Shown piece after piece: positions 1 to 9,881 of a DNA stretch of 48,613 nt. The position numbers and the translations under genes are program-made. This DNA comes from a virus (Duplodnaviria > Caudoviricetes): positions 1-48,613 of IMG/VR virus record IMGVR_UViG_3300034106_000257. One strand, given 5' to 3'. Position 1 is the stretch's first letter. Each line of letters begins with the position of its first letter. Under the pieces are notes generated by a model. The model was not told where the DNA came from, made no database searches, and saw only the letters and a list, made by a program, of their open reading frames with translations.

Positions 1-267
1 AGCAGAAATACCCGCAACGACCTTGCCCGCAGCCTGCGCAGTAGTGGACTGCTCCTTGAACGCTTCGCCTATGGCCTCGACTTCGGCCATTGTCATCTGG
101 GCTTCGGTCTGCCGCATGGCAACCTCGCCTTTGACTTGGGCGAACTTCATCTCCGCATCGACCATTGCCAACTCGTGCGCCCGTTCGTTCTTGCGGTCGA
201 AGAACTTCAGAGCCTCTGGTGCAAGCCGCAGCAGTCCACCAAATACGCCACCCAGTAATGTTTCCAT
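1..267 (-). CDS. Putative holin (3TM/GTA-holin-like), truncated by the window edge
   Basis: Not in the ORF track. Read by hand from ATG at 267: METLLGGVFGGLLRLAPEALKFFDRKNERAHELAM..., a hydrophobic N-terminus followed by an HEL-containing helical segment. It starts just after the giant gene's stop. Confidence 0.55.
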   Translation of the reverse strand, partial: METLLGGVFGGLLRLAPEALKFFDRKNERAHELAMVDAEMKFAQVKGEVAMRQTEAQMTMAEVEAIGEAFKEQSTTAQAAGKVVAGISA

Positions 268-268
268 G

Positions 269-3200
269 TTAGTACCCGAACAGTTCTGTTACTTGATCGA
301 TATCTTCCCGTGCGCCCTTGGGCGCTGACTTCAGCAATCGCTCAGACGCAGGACGGGTCGCTTCGCGTAGCGCCTTGCGAGCATTGGCCTCGAAGTTCTT
401 GATCTCCAACGCCGTCCCCTGCGCCCCGTCGTTCCAATCGTTGACGGCTTCTACAATGCTACGCGCCTGATCCATGTCGTTTCGCACCATGGCCTTGATC
501 CAAGCCTGACGGAACCCTGCACTAACTTCTTTCTGGTAGTCAGTCATTCGGGTGCTCAGTTTAATTATCTCGTACTGCTCTGCTGCCGCCTGTGGATAGA
601 AGCCCGCGAGTCTGGTCAGGATCACCGCTGCGCTAACTTCGTCCGATACCACGTACCCACGGCGGTCAACGATCGCGCCAGAATTCATGTACGCGAGACT
701 GTCGCCTAGGATACGTCCGGCAGTGATGGGATTCTCACGCAGCCAGTCCTCGAACGTGACCTTCTCCGATGTAGCCGCCTTGACGCCCATGGCTGTGGAG
801 TTGAACACGCCGTAGAGCATAGACCACGCAGGCCCGGCAACCTCTCCGATCTCACGACCAATGTCAGCACCGGCAAGCAACACGCCGGTTCCCGGCACGA
901 AGTCGCCAAGCGAGACACGACCGGCCAAGTCTGCCGGGAGAATCCAGTTAGCCGCGCCACTCAGCACGAATCTGGACATTCCCGGCGCAACCGAATCAAC
1001 CGCTTGGGCGATCTCGTAGCGGATACTGCCTGTCTTGAACCCAAGTTTCTGGGCGATGGTATCGATCAAATCCTCCAAGTCCTCAGCGAACGGGAAGCCC
1101 GAGACGCCCGCCAGAATCATCATCGATGCAAGCATGTACACCTGCCCCGAACGTGGCAGCGCCCTGAACAACTGGATCGATGTGGTGGGGAACACCTTGT
1201 ACATGTACAGGAACGACTGGATACCCGTGCGCCATGCCGGTGGGCGGTTCAGCACCGAGTACTCACCCATGCTCAACTTGAGCGCATCGACGGCGAACAC
1301 GCGGGCAAACTCAGCCGCTTTCTCTTGTGACTCACCGGCACTTATGCGCCTAGCGTATTCCATCCGGAACGCAGCAAGACCGACTGCACGGCGCGATGCC
1401 TGCTCCGTGGCGTTGAACGTCCACATAAATCCGTCCATGGCTTTCTGCCATGCACCACTCTGCACCCGCCCGCGTGCCGTTTCCATGAGCGCGTTAGACT
1501 GCGCCGGGATCATTGCACCTTCACGGATTTCTCTAGCGATGAACTTGGCCTCGTGCGCCTCAAGTCCGTACTCGGTCAGCATTTGGGGGTTGGTAGCCAT
1601 CTCGTCGTAGAACTCAGCCGTGTTCAGGTCTGAGTTGGCAACCGCCCGACGCAGGCCCACGTTACTGAGTGCGCGACGGAATTCAGCCATAGACTTACCG
1701 AATCCGAACCCACCACCGAAAGAGTTCTGCGGGTTGTAGACCGCAAGGTACGGAATGCTGTTCGTGATGGCGCTGATGTAGTTCAACGCACCGGTTGCCA
1801 GTGAACCACCCAACTGGAAGATACTGGTGTACGCACGAATCCGCGAGGCTACTTCTCCGGTACCGAAGTCCGACTCGTTCAAGTCCCTGTTGTTCTCGAT
1901 GAACTGCAGCAGGCTCGAACCTTCGTTGTAGAACTGATTACCCCGCTTTGCCGTTCCTTCCGGATTGGTCTCGTTGAACATGTACGCATACTGCTCGTAC
2001 TCGCGTTTCGCGTACTTGCGCTTGGCTTCGCTGGCAGCAGGGTCTTTCATCACCTGCTCCATTTCCTGACGCAGAAGTTCCAACTTCTCAGGGTCGCCTT
2101 GCCACAACTTGCGGGTTTCCTCCAAGCGCAGGTTCATCAACTCACTGATGCGAGGCCGCATCATTACCTTGGCAATCGTGGACGAACGCGCTTCGACATG
2201 TTCCGACACAGCACGGATGGCGTCGGGGTCATATCCCGGTACGAACTTACGCTCAAGCCTTTGACGGGCGCGATTGTTCTGGGATGTCAGAGCCACGATG
2301 ACCTGCTCAAGTTTCTTGGGCGGCAGGGTAATACTGAACTGCCGCAGACCACGGGTGAACTCGTTAAGGTTCAACTGCGGAGGCGCAGCAATACCGTCAA
2401 GCGCAGCACCTGCCTCGGCCTTGAGCGTAACCTCCATGAGTGTGTACTGCCCGTCAGGGTTGCGGGCGTTGACGCTGAACTTCTTCTTGTCGAACAGTTC
2501 TTTGTTGATCATCTCCGCAGTGGTCAGCGCCTCGGACTCGGCTTCGAACTGGCTATACGCCAACTGATCCCTGTAGTCCTGCTCAAGTACCACGCGTTCG
2601 CCCTTGGAGTTGTACGCATTGATGCGTACCTCGAATTCGCCGCGACGAAGAACCGGGGTATACCCAGTTGCAAGCGAACGGATCGTGTAGGCGTCAGCCT
2701 GATCGTTACTGATATCGGCAACGATGATGTCTTTCAGTTTGTTCTGGATGATGAACCTATTGTCGTCAATGTTCACCAACTCAGCCTTGAACGCGTTGAT
2801 CTTCCTGTCAGTCTCGCTAGTCGGAGTCTTCGGGAAGTATGCGAAAAGATTTTCGTTAAGGTCAGTGTCCTTGCCGAGGATGGCTTGGTTAAGCAAGACA
2901 AGAAAATCGTTGGCTGATTCCATAGACTTGACGTTGAACTTGAAGTCACCGTCTTCAGTGGTTTCTTTATTCGCAGTCCACAATTCAATGTACTTGTCGT
3001 ACATCTCGTCCAGAAACCGCTTGCTCTCAGCAGCCATCTTCTTGTCGCGCATGACTTCTGCCATTTCGCGATAGGCAAGATCACGATCCTGAATCTGCGA
3101 CATATATCTAGCGTGAAGTAGTCTCAGTTCCACATCACGCATGGTCTCGCGGGCTGCGAGATACCCCTTCCACTCGATACTTTCCTTGGTCAGTCCCGGG

Positions 3201-6200
3201 ATACCGGCAACCTTTACATCCTCGGTAACTTCTGCACCCTTGTCGTTCTTGTAGGTAATTTCGAACCGGAAGCCGTCGCGCATCTGCTCAAACGACAGCA
3301 AGCCCATGTTGTAGAACTTGTCGATCTCAGGCTGGTTGGGAACCAACTCCCCCGCGTCGTTGACGGAGTACAGTCTGACTTTGCCAAGCGCCTTGCGGTC
3401 GAGTTTGCTAACAGCGTACCGCTGCGCGGCGTACAGGGTGTCGTTGATGGTCTGCAACTGTTCTTCAGTTACGCCACCGGTTGAGAGATTCGTACCCGGC
3501 AGCGTCACGGCGCGGTTGAGAACTTCAGCCATCTTCTCCTTCATGGCTACCTTGATACTCATGGAGAGATCACGGCCCTGACTGAGAACTTTCTCCAGTT
3601 CTACGAAGCCCGGATTGCGGCGAGCACGGAACGCCAGCAGGCTGAAGAACTTGCCAATGAACTTGTCGAAGCCGCCAGAGAAGTCGATGCCTCGATCCTT
3701 GAAGTACTTGAGGGCTTCATCGACGTTCATCGGAACGCCACCAATGTTGTCCTTCATCAGACCCGCTGCGGTACCTACCTCTCGCAACGTCTGTGTCTGC
3801 GCAAAGCGTCCGGTGTCATCGGGGTCGAAACCATTCTCGATAGCCTGCAGGCGCTCGATCACACTCCGCGAGTTGAACACTGCGCTCTGGTCACCATTGC
3901 GCACGTACCTGCGTGATTGATCGATGAAGTACCGCGCTGCCTCGTCACCGAACTTCACGCCAAGTTTGTTGAGCGCACCCTTGATGGCATTCCAGATACG
4001 CGAGACGAGGCTAACGTCCAACTGGGCAGCGAAGTCGGCAAGGTACTCCTCAACTGCTTCAGCCTTCGGCATGCTGCGCACGGACATCGCAGCGTCAACA
4101 CCGGCTTGGACGGCAGGGCTACGGTTGTAGATGTCCTCCATCAGGGCGTTGAACTTGTCCTGCGGGATGAGCGAACGGAAGCCGAAGTGGCCCAACGTTT
4201 CGTGAGCCAGCACGAAGTTCAGGTACTGCTCGGTCGGCACCCGGTCGGAGAAGATGATGACAGTCGGTGGGACTTCTTTAACAGCAGGTTTGTCTTCAGT
4301 TTTTTTGGCTGCTTCTTCTGCAAGTTTTAGCGCTTTCTGAATTTCCCTGCGGAACTCGGATACTTGTTCAGAAGTTATATCTGGAAACCCATCTATGCTA
4401 CCAGTTCTTTCAAATTGGTCATACGCATATTCAAACTGCTCCTCAACATTAGGATAACCTGTCTCTAAATCGTTATAGAACTCTCCACCAAAATTTTTAG
4501 AACGTAGCATATAGTCATCTGCTATACCTACATTTCTAACTTTATCGCGTAGACGAAACATTTCATCCCAAAGTTCTTTTTTGTTCATGCCTTGCAGGTT
4601 AGCCTTACCTGCAGCAACTACAGCACCAAGACCTTTGAAGAACTCACGACGAGAAACACCAGTAGTAGGAGCAGGTTTACCACCAAACGAATACGCCACT
4701 GCCGATACCGTATCGAAGTCGCCTTGCGGGCGAGCGGCTGCAGCCTTGGCGTAGAGTTCAGGGTCTTTCTCCTTGAGGTCAGCCTGATTCTTGAAGACTT
4801 CGACGCGTGGCTTGATGGACAACTTGGATATGAAATTGCTGACCGCCATGCGCAGTCGGCCAACCGGGAGCGTATCCGGAATGGACTGCCCGTCATCACG
4901 CAAGTACCTGCCCGATTCCCAATTGTCAAGCGTGTGCCTCGGGGTGTATACGTCCTTATCTTCTGGCTTGGCTTCTACGGCCGTCGTTGTCTTGATCCGA
5001 CCTTCCTTCGCTTCTTTCGGAATCTCGGTGACGATGCGCAGTTTGTTGCTTACCGTGATGACTTTCGGACGGTCGTCTTCCGTAAAGAAATCAGAAAGCG
5101 GTTTGCCATCGACATCCGCGAAGTCTTCAAGCCCGTCTGCTTTGACGGCACGATAGAGTTCAGTCAACTTCTTGACCGCAGCCTTACGCCCCGGTTCATC
5201 GGTCGCGAACTCGCGAGAGTTGTAGTCTATGATCTTGTTGGCCAGTGCCACTGCCTTCATCTCAGGCATGTCGGTAGCGTCTTCTTCCTTCTTGCGCCCC
5301 TTGGCTTTGACTACAACCTTGTCTTTTTCAGCCAACTCCATCTCAGGCGGCAAGTTCTTGAAGCCAAACTTCTGCCGCATAGGGTCGAGCATCTGAGCCT
5401 TGAGGATCAGATTGAATACTGGATTGTAGTCACCGGTTTCTCTGGTGGCTTTAATAGGCTCCATCTGTGTACGGCCAAACTCGACCAACGCTTCGCGGAA
5501 CGAATCGTCAATGGGGAGTTCGTCTATGAAATTCTTAACAAGTACGAATGTTGGGTTGGGCACTCGTTCATTTTTACCGGTGTCTTTATTCTTACGAGTA
5601 ACTCTCTCGTCTGTACTATAAAGCCAATCCATCAGGTCCGCTAAAGTGTCGCGGTACTCGCCCTTACTTTTAGTGGTCTCAACAATCTCAATTAGACTTT
5701 CAATTTCCTCACGGTCGGTGCCTGCTTCTTCTCTCGTCTGTGCATCACGAATGCGCTTGGTCAGTGCTTCGACGCGACTTTTCTCATCGAGCACAATTTT
5801 CGTACGCGACTTGAAGATTTCCGTAGCAGCGGCGAGACTGACCTTGTTGTTCTCGTAGAGAACAATCCACTCGGCCTGCTGAACAGGCGAGAGTTCGTTA
5901 AGTGCCGGAGCATCGTCCGGCTTCATATCTTCCCACGCAGCCTCAGGTGATTCGTAGGCGGCGGTTGCCGCCTCACCTTTTGGGGAGGGGGGCACCTCTT
6001 GCGGTGTAGGCGCGGCGGGCATGGTAGCCACCCCCGATTCACCGTTCTCTGCAGCGGTGATCGCTTCCTGCACGGCAGTGGCTGCATCCCGCAAGTAAGT
6101 CAGGAGGTCGTTCGTCGCAAGGATGTAGTCCTGAGTGGTATCGCCCGTGGAGTAGTTCTTGGCCAGCGCAGCAATCTTCTTGCGATCACTGGCGGTGACC

Positions 6201-6244
6201 CCGATAGTGTTGACGAAGCAGGCTTGAACTTTAGTGTTTGCCAT
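269..6244 (-). CDS. Giant internal virion/ejection protein of the large polyvalent type, with a zincin-like metallopeptidase motif
   Basis: 1991 aa at the end of the structural arm. Contains an HETLGH motif followed by EEYLAD, a GYTPVLRRGEF segment resembling PLxRFG, and a helical/hydrophobic C-terminal region. Confidence 0.7.
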   Translation of the reverse strand: MANTKVQACFVNTIGVTASDRKKIAALAKNYSTGDTTQDYILATNDLLTYLRDAATAVQEAITAAENGESGVATMPAAPTPQEVPPSPKGEAATAAYESPEAAWEDMKPDDAPALNELSPVQQAEWIVLYENNKVSLAAATEIFKSRTKIVLDEKSRVEALTKRIRDAQTREEAGTDREEIESLIEIVETTKSKGEYRDTLADLMDWLYSTDERVTRKNKDTGKNERVPNPTFVLVKNFIDELPIDDSFREALVEFGRTQMEPIKATRETGDYNPVFNLILKAQMLDPMRQKFGFKNLPPEMELAEKDKVVVKAKGRKKEEDATDMPEMKAVALANKIIDYNSREFATDEPGRKAAVKKLTELYRAVKADGLEDFADVDGKPLSDFFTEDDRPKVITVSNKLRIVTEIPKEAKEGRIKTTTAVEAKPEDKDVYTPRHTLDNWESGRYLRDDGQSIPDTLPVGRLRMAVSNFISKLSIKPRVEVFKNQADLKEKDPELYAKAAAARPQGDFDTVSAVAYSFGGKPAPTTGVSRREFFKGLGAVVAAGKANLQGMNKKELWDEMFRLRDKVRNVGIADDYMLRSKNFGGEFYNDLETGYPNVEEQFEYAYDQFERTGSIDGFPDITSEQVSEFRREIQKALKLAEEAAKKTEDKPAVKEVPPTVIIFSDRVPTEQYLNFVLAHETLGHFGFRSLIPQDKFNALMEDIYNRSPAVQAGVDAAMSVRSMPKAEAVEEYLADFAAQLDVSLVSRIWNAIKGALNKLGVKFGDEAARYFIDQSRRYVRNGDQSAVFNSRSVIERLQAIENGFDPDDTGRFAQTQTLREVGTAAGLMKDNIGGVPMNVDEALKYFKDRGIDFSGGFDKFIGKFFSLLAFRARRNPGFVELEKVLSQGRDLSMSIKVAMKEKMAEVLNRAVTLPGTNLSTGGVTEEQLQTINDTLYAAQRYAVSKLDRKALGKVRLYSVNDAGELVPNQPEIDKFYNMGLLSFEQMRDGFRFEITYKNDKGAEVTEDVKVAGIPGLTKESIEWKGYLAARETMRDVELRLLHARYMSQIQDRDLAYREMAEVMRDKKMAAESKRFLDEMYDKYIELWTANKETTEDGDFKFNVKSMESANDFLVLLNQAILGKDTDLNENLFAYFPKTPTSETDRKINAFKAELVNIDDNRFIIQNKLKDIIVADISNDQADAYTIRSLATGYTPVLRRGEFEVRINAYNSKGERVVLEQDYRDQLAYSQFEAESEALTTAEMINKELFDKKKFSVNARNPDGQYTLMEVTLKAEAGAALDGIAAPPQLNLNEFTRGLRQFSITLPPKKLEQVIVALTSQNNRARQRLERKFVPGYDPDAIRAVSEHVEARSSTIAKVMMRPRISELMNLRLEETRKLWQGDPEKLELLRQEMEQVMKDPAASEAKRKYAKREYEQYAYMFNETNPEGTAKRGNQFYNEGSSLLQFIENNRDLNESDFGTGEVASRIRAYTSIFQLGGSLATGALNYISAITNSIPYLAVYNPQNSFGGGFGFGKSMAEFRRALSNVGLRRAVANSDLNTAEFYDEMATNPQMLTEYGLEAHEAKFIAREIREGAMIPAQSNALMETARGRVQSGAWQKAMDGFMWTFNATEQASRRAVGLAAFRMEYARRISAGESQEKAAEFARVFAVDALKLSMGEYSVLNRPPAWRTGIQSFLYMYKVFPTTSIQLFRALPRSGQVYMLASMMILAGVSGFPFAEDLEDLIDTIAQKLGFKTGSIRYEIAQAVDSVAPGMSRFVLSGAANWILPADLAGRVSLGDFVPGTGVLLAGADIGREIGEVAGPAWSMLYGVFNSTAMGVKAATSEKVTFEDWLRENPITAGRILGDSLAYMNSGAIVDRRGYVVSDEVSAAVILTRLAGFYPQAAAEQYEIIKLSTRMTDYQKEVSAGFRQAWIKAMVRNDMDQARSIVEAVNDWNDGAQGTALEIKNFEANARKALREATRPASERLLKSAPKGAREDIDQVTELFGY

Positions 6245-6452
6245 TGAAGAACCCCTTGGTGACCAGCGTCACTATCAAATCAGTAGCCAAGCGATCATCT
6301 TGATGAAGCAGGTCAAGGGCCGTGTCCTCTTCGAACCTACGCAACTTGGTGTGCCGTCGCGGTCTGCGCTCGGCAGTGGTAACTACAGGGGTGATACTGC
6401 CCCAACTGTTACCCCACGATACACCCCAAGAACTGCCCCATGCGGATGCCAC
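6231..6452 (-). CDS. Small hypothetical protein with WGxS repeats
   Basis: MASAWGSSWGVSWGNSWGS N-terminus. Abuts the upstream gene and overlaps the downstream one. Confidence 0.7.
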   Translation of the reverse strand: MASAWGSSWGVSWGNSWGSITPVVTTAERRPRRHTKLRRFEEDTALDLLHQDDRLATDLIVTLVTKGFFNGKH

Positions 6453-7184
6453 TTACACCGGTCCCCAAGGATCGCCAGCCGTACCAGTCCCAACAACCTC
6501 GATACCATTCACGTACTGCACATCTGCCGGGACTACAGTGTTCGCAACCTCTGCAGCAACCGCCTGATTACCAACAGTCGTGAGGCTACGCAGTGTGTAC
6601 GTCCATACCGCAGGCGTCACCGTGTTGTTTACTTCGGTAGCAACTGATTGGTTACCAACAGATGAGAGACCTCGGGTACTGTATGTCCATACAGCCTGCG
6701 ACAACAAGTTGTAGTCCACGCCACCTGAGGAGGCCAAGTTCAACTTGTTACCCATCGTGTTGGCTACGTTGTAGTCAGTCGCAAGAGCCGACCAGACTGC
6801 AGCCGCAAGGCTTTCCGGAGACAGCGGGGTGAACGAAGTCACAGACCCCTGCATGTTACCAGTGGCGTTTACCGTGGTACTGGAGGTGAACGCTACCGAG
6901 ACGCTACCGCTAATATCTAGCGGAGTACCCCGAAGAAGACTCGCAGAGAACGTAGCCCCGAGGAACGTAAACGCAGAGATCGCACCGCCTGTGTAAGGCA
7001 GATTCCACGACGATGGTGCGTAGTGACCGTACGGAATACCGGCAGTCTTGGAGGTAATGCCTTGACCCACAGACTGATTGCGTAGGTCAGTACGCCCCCA
7101 CATCGAGCGCAGAGTGCCGGGGTCACCGCCACGCAACCGCAGCGGCAACTGAGCCAGAATCGTGGTGTTCTGTTTTAGCCCCAT
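6453..7184 (-). CDS. Putative virion structural protein with internal 28-aa repeats
   Basis: Ser/Thr/Gly-rich. AVWTY..R.L..VGNQ.VA.EV.NTV.PA occurs twice; C-terminus ends GTGTAGDPWGPV. Confidence 0.6.
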   Translation of the reverse strand: MGLKQNTTILAQLPLRLRGGDPGTLRSMWGRTDLRNQSVGQGITSKTAGIPYGHYAPSSWNLPYTGGAISAFTFLGATFSASLLRGTPLDISGSVSVAFTSSTTVNATGNMQGSVTSFTPLSPESLAAAVWSALATDYNVANTMGNKLNLASSGGVDYNLLSQAVWTYSTRGLSSVGNQSVATEVNNTVTPAVWTYTLRSLTTVGNQAVAAEVANTVVPADVQYVNGIEVVGTGTAGDPWGPV

Positions 7185-8053
7185 CCGAGTTCTACCGCAC
7201 CGTAGAAGTTAGTGGTCGTACCAGTCGCAGCGCCCGCGAAGTACAACCATACAAGGCACGCACCATCCATCACACGCGGCAGGCTAGGCAACTGGTTGAG
7301 CAGATCGCGCTCTGCGGAAACCGAGACGGTAGTCAACGGCAGTGTGAGCAACGGACGAGCAAGGCACAGTGCACCCGTACCCGTGTTGGCCGCAGAGAAG
7401 GTCACAGATGCCACGGTGGATACGCCAGTGTCGCCGTTCGCTAGCGGCAGGAAAGGTCCGTAGTTGTTTGCCGCCGTACCGCTATGGCTGATATGCGTTA
7501 CGATTGCCGAAGCCGTCATAGCCACCGTAACAGGAAGAGTGCGGCCCGAAGTCGGGGTCGTGTTGGAATACGATACAGCAATATTCTGCGCGGTCGCACC
7601 TGCTGCCACAGTCTGCACCCAATACAACCGGCACCCTACACCGTTCGCATATCGCAGCGTCGGAGTACCGGTGAGTGTCTGTGCTACCGCTGAGTTGTTT
7701 GTAATACCGGGCCAGTAGCCTTGCAGGTCAACAAGCATGAGTTGCGCCGGAACACCCGTAGCAACGGCAGTGACAGCCTGCACATTGAGTACATGCTTGG
7801 TATCGGCCGAGACGTTACCACCGTGCGGCAGGCCAAAAATCTGCGTACCGTTACCTGTGGTCTCGTCGCACGAGCGCCACGCGAGCGCCGTACCAGCCCA
7901 AGCATTGGCAACAGGAGTACCGGCAAGACCCGAGAAGTCATACCAGCGACCAGCGGTGTACGCAGCGGCACCAGTGATCTTGTTCCAGTCAGTGCGGATG
8001 AATTTTCCACTAGTGATCTCGGTAACAAGATCGTCCATGCTGTTAAAGCCCAT
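7175..8053 (-). CDS. Putative structural protein, paralog of 8057-8920
   Basis: 292 aa, Thr/Ala/Gly-rich. Shares RW.D.S...G.P, RY..G.G and PF.PLANGD.GV motifs with its neighbour. Confidence 0.7.
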   Translation of the reverse strand: MGFNSMDDLVTEITSGKFIRTDWNKITGAAAYTAGRWYDFSGLAGTPVANAWAGTALAWRSCDETTGNGTQIFGLPHGGNVSADTKHVLNVQAVTAVATGVPAQLMLVDLQGYWPGITNNSAVAQTLTGTPTLRYANGVGCRLYWVQTVAAGATAQNIAVSYSNTTPTSGRTLPVTVAMTASAIVTHISHSGTAANNYGPFLPLANGDTGVSTVASVTFSAANTGTGALCLARPLLTLPLTTVSVSAERDLLNQLPSLPRVMDGACLVWLYFAGAATGTTTNFYGAVELGWG

Positions 8054-8056
8054 AAG

Positions 8057-8920
8057 TTAACTCCAGACGAAGTGTAGATAACCGCGAAGTAGCGGCGTGG
8101 TTGCAGTTGCGTTGTTGATGATCCAGTTCAGGTACGCAGCATTCTGAATCTCTGGACAGTTAGCCGAATGCGGTACGGAAAACTTCTCAGCCGCAGTAGC
8201 GTTTTCGCGCACCTGCAGTCCTGACAGCGGCTTGACCAATACTGCGTTGAACAATCCACCGGGTGCGCCTGCAATGATCACAGACTCAATACTACGTACT
8301 CCGCTATCCCCATTGGCAAGTGGCATGAACGGAGTCTCAGCAGCCGCAGCGTTGGTATTGCCGCCTGTGTTTACGATGCATCCAATGGTTGTACTTGTGT
8401 TGACACCAAACGTAGTAGTACGCCCAGAGACCCCTGCCGAGTTCGTATAGGTCACCGTAACCGTACCATTTTGACCCATGGGTGATGCCGTTATGAACAT
8501 ACACTGCACCCCTTCCCCAGAGGTATAGCGAGACAGCGTATCCGTATTGACCATGGTCTGCGTATCTGCAGAGTCGCCATCGATCAACGGGTAGAACAGC
8601 AGGTAGTCAGCAAGCAGCATGTAGAGAGGTACACCTGCCGAAACTGAGACGACTTGCATGGCATGAAGAAACTTCTGCTGCCCAGTCGCCGGGGTGGGTC
8701 CGGTATAGATGCCGCGATTGCCCGCCCCCGTGATGACTGTAGCCTCAAGAGGAAGCCCGACGTACGGGTTGTAGATCGGAATACCTGCGCCTACGGAACC
8801 ATCGACCCATCGTGCAGCACCCGCAGCCGGGACACCTGTCTTGAAAAAGAACGACATCCACTCCTGCCCGGTTGTGGCAACGGCATCTGCAAGAGAGGCA
8901 ATTCCTCTATTAAGTGGCAT
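8057..8920 (-). CDS. Putative structural protein, paralog of 7175-8053
   Basis: 287 aa with the same motif order as its neighbour. Confidence 0.7.
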   Translation of the reverse strand: MPLNRGIASLADAVATTGQEWMSFFFKTGVPAAGAARWVDGSVGAGIPIYNPYVGLPLEATVITGAGNRGIYTGPTPATGQQKFLHAMQVVSVSAGVPLYMLLADYLLFYPLIDGDSADTQTMVNTDTLSRYTSGEGVQCMFITASPMGQNGTVTVTYTNSAGVSGRTTTFGVNTSTTIGCIVNTGGNTNAAAAETPFMPLANGDSGVRSIESVIIAGAPGGLFNAVLVKPLSGLQVRENATAAEKFSVPHSANCPEIQNAAYLNWIINNATATTPLLRGYLHFVWS

Positions 8921-9038
8921 CGTGTTCCAACCCCATTATTTCCACAGCACCGCATGGATGGTCTGGGCATTGTTCCACAGTCCCATCCCATAGAAATAGG
9001 AGTTCCCGCAGACAATGCGCACAGAAGTACCGCCACAC
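8910..9038 (-). CDS. Small Cys/His (zinc-ribbon-like) protein, 42 aa
   Basis: Read by hand from a GTG start: WRYFCAHCLRELLFLWDGTVEQCPDHPCGAVEIMGLEHDAT*. It fills the gap and overlaps the next start. Confidence 0.5.
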   Translation of the reverse strand: MWRYFCAHCLRELLFLWDGTVEQCPDHPCGAVEIMGLEHDAT

Positions 9039-9042
9039 AGCA

Positions 9043-9483
9043 TTAATCCACCGTCACAGTCAACGCGCCCGGGGCAAACTGCGGCTGAATACCGCTTGAT
9101 ACGGCGAGGGCGGCAGTGAGTGAACCGGACATGATCAAGTTACCAGTGCCGGACAAATCGGTACCAATACCGAAGTGCGTAACTGTCGCGGTACCACCAG
9201 TGCACTGCGGGAACTGAACCAGTGCAGTATTGCTGATGGTCTGTGCCGTCAGTGTGAAACCACCTGCAGTTCGGTTCACCGCAACGCGAGCGTAAGAGGT
9301 ATAGGAAGTCTCGTTCGTGGACTGCGTACCTGCTTCGCCCGGGTCAGCGGTGTGCAAACTGATGTAGAAGGAACCATCAGCGGCAGAGTTCTGAAGTCCT
9401 GCTGCGTCACCTATGTTGGCCCAGTCAGTGTTGAGAAACAAAAGGTTCAGCAGATTGGCTTCTGCTGCGTTGGTCATACTCAT
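9043..9483 (-). CDS. Phage minor structural/tail-fibre-associated protein
   Basis: YISLHTADPGEAG...SYARVAV...FPQCT...THFGI pattern, common in phage structural modules. Confidence 0.65.
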   Translation of the reverse strand: MSMTNAAEANLLNLLFLNTDWANIGDAAGLQNSAADGSFYISLHTADPGEAGTQSTNETSYTSYARVAVNRTAGGFTLTAQTISNTALVQFPQCTGGTATVTHFGIGTDLSGTGNLIMSGSLTAALAVSSGIQPQFAPGALTVTVD

Positions 9484-9494
9484 GTCAGTTCCTC

Positions 9495-9878
9495 TCAGTC
9501 GTCAGTTGACGATGTGGCTTCAATACGTTTGATCGTACCATTAGGGTTACGCTCGAATTCAAATACCCACCGAACAGGCTTGTCCTCTTCTTCGTCGTCT
9601 TTCTTCTCTTCGGGAAGGTTGACGGTAACCTGTGGAGCGGGCATGGGTGGAATAACAACTTCGACCGGACGGCTAAGAAGCAACACGATCTGCTTGAGAA
9701 TTTCAGCAGTGTTATCCGATCGGATCATCTGCGGCTGCGGAGAGTCTTCCTTTACGGTCCGCATGGATTGCGCTTTCATAGTGTTGAACTTGCGACCGTC
9801 AGTGAACTCAATGGAAGCGCCAATCTCAAGAGCCAAGTCTTCGAGGTCGTATACATCGCCAAGTCGTACGCGTGCCAT
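9495..9878 (-). CDS. Hypothetical protein
   Basis: 127 aa in the operon. Has a PAPQVTVN segment and a C-terminal WVFEFERNPNGTIKRI. Confidence 0.65.
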   Translation of the reverse strand: MARVRLGDVYDLEDLALEIGASIEFTDGRKFNTMKAQSMRTVKEDSPQPQMIRSDNTAEILKQIVLLLSRPVEVVIPPMPAPQVTVNLPEEKKDDEEEDKPVRWVFEFERNPNGTIKRIEATSSTDD

Positions 9879-9881
9879 AGT

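Noticed and set aside
4283-4678. Intein or true Tat export signal
   Set aside because: No C/S...HN splice junctions; the RR motif is about 500 aa from the N-terminus with only a short hydrophobic stretch.
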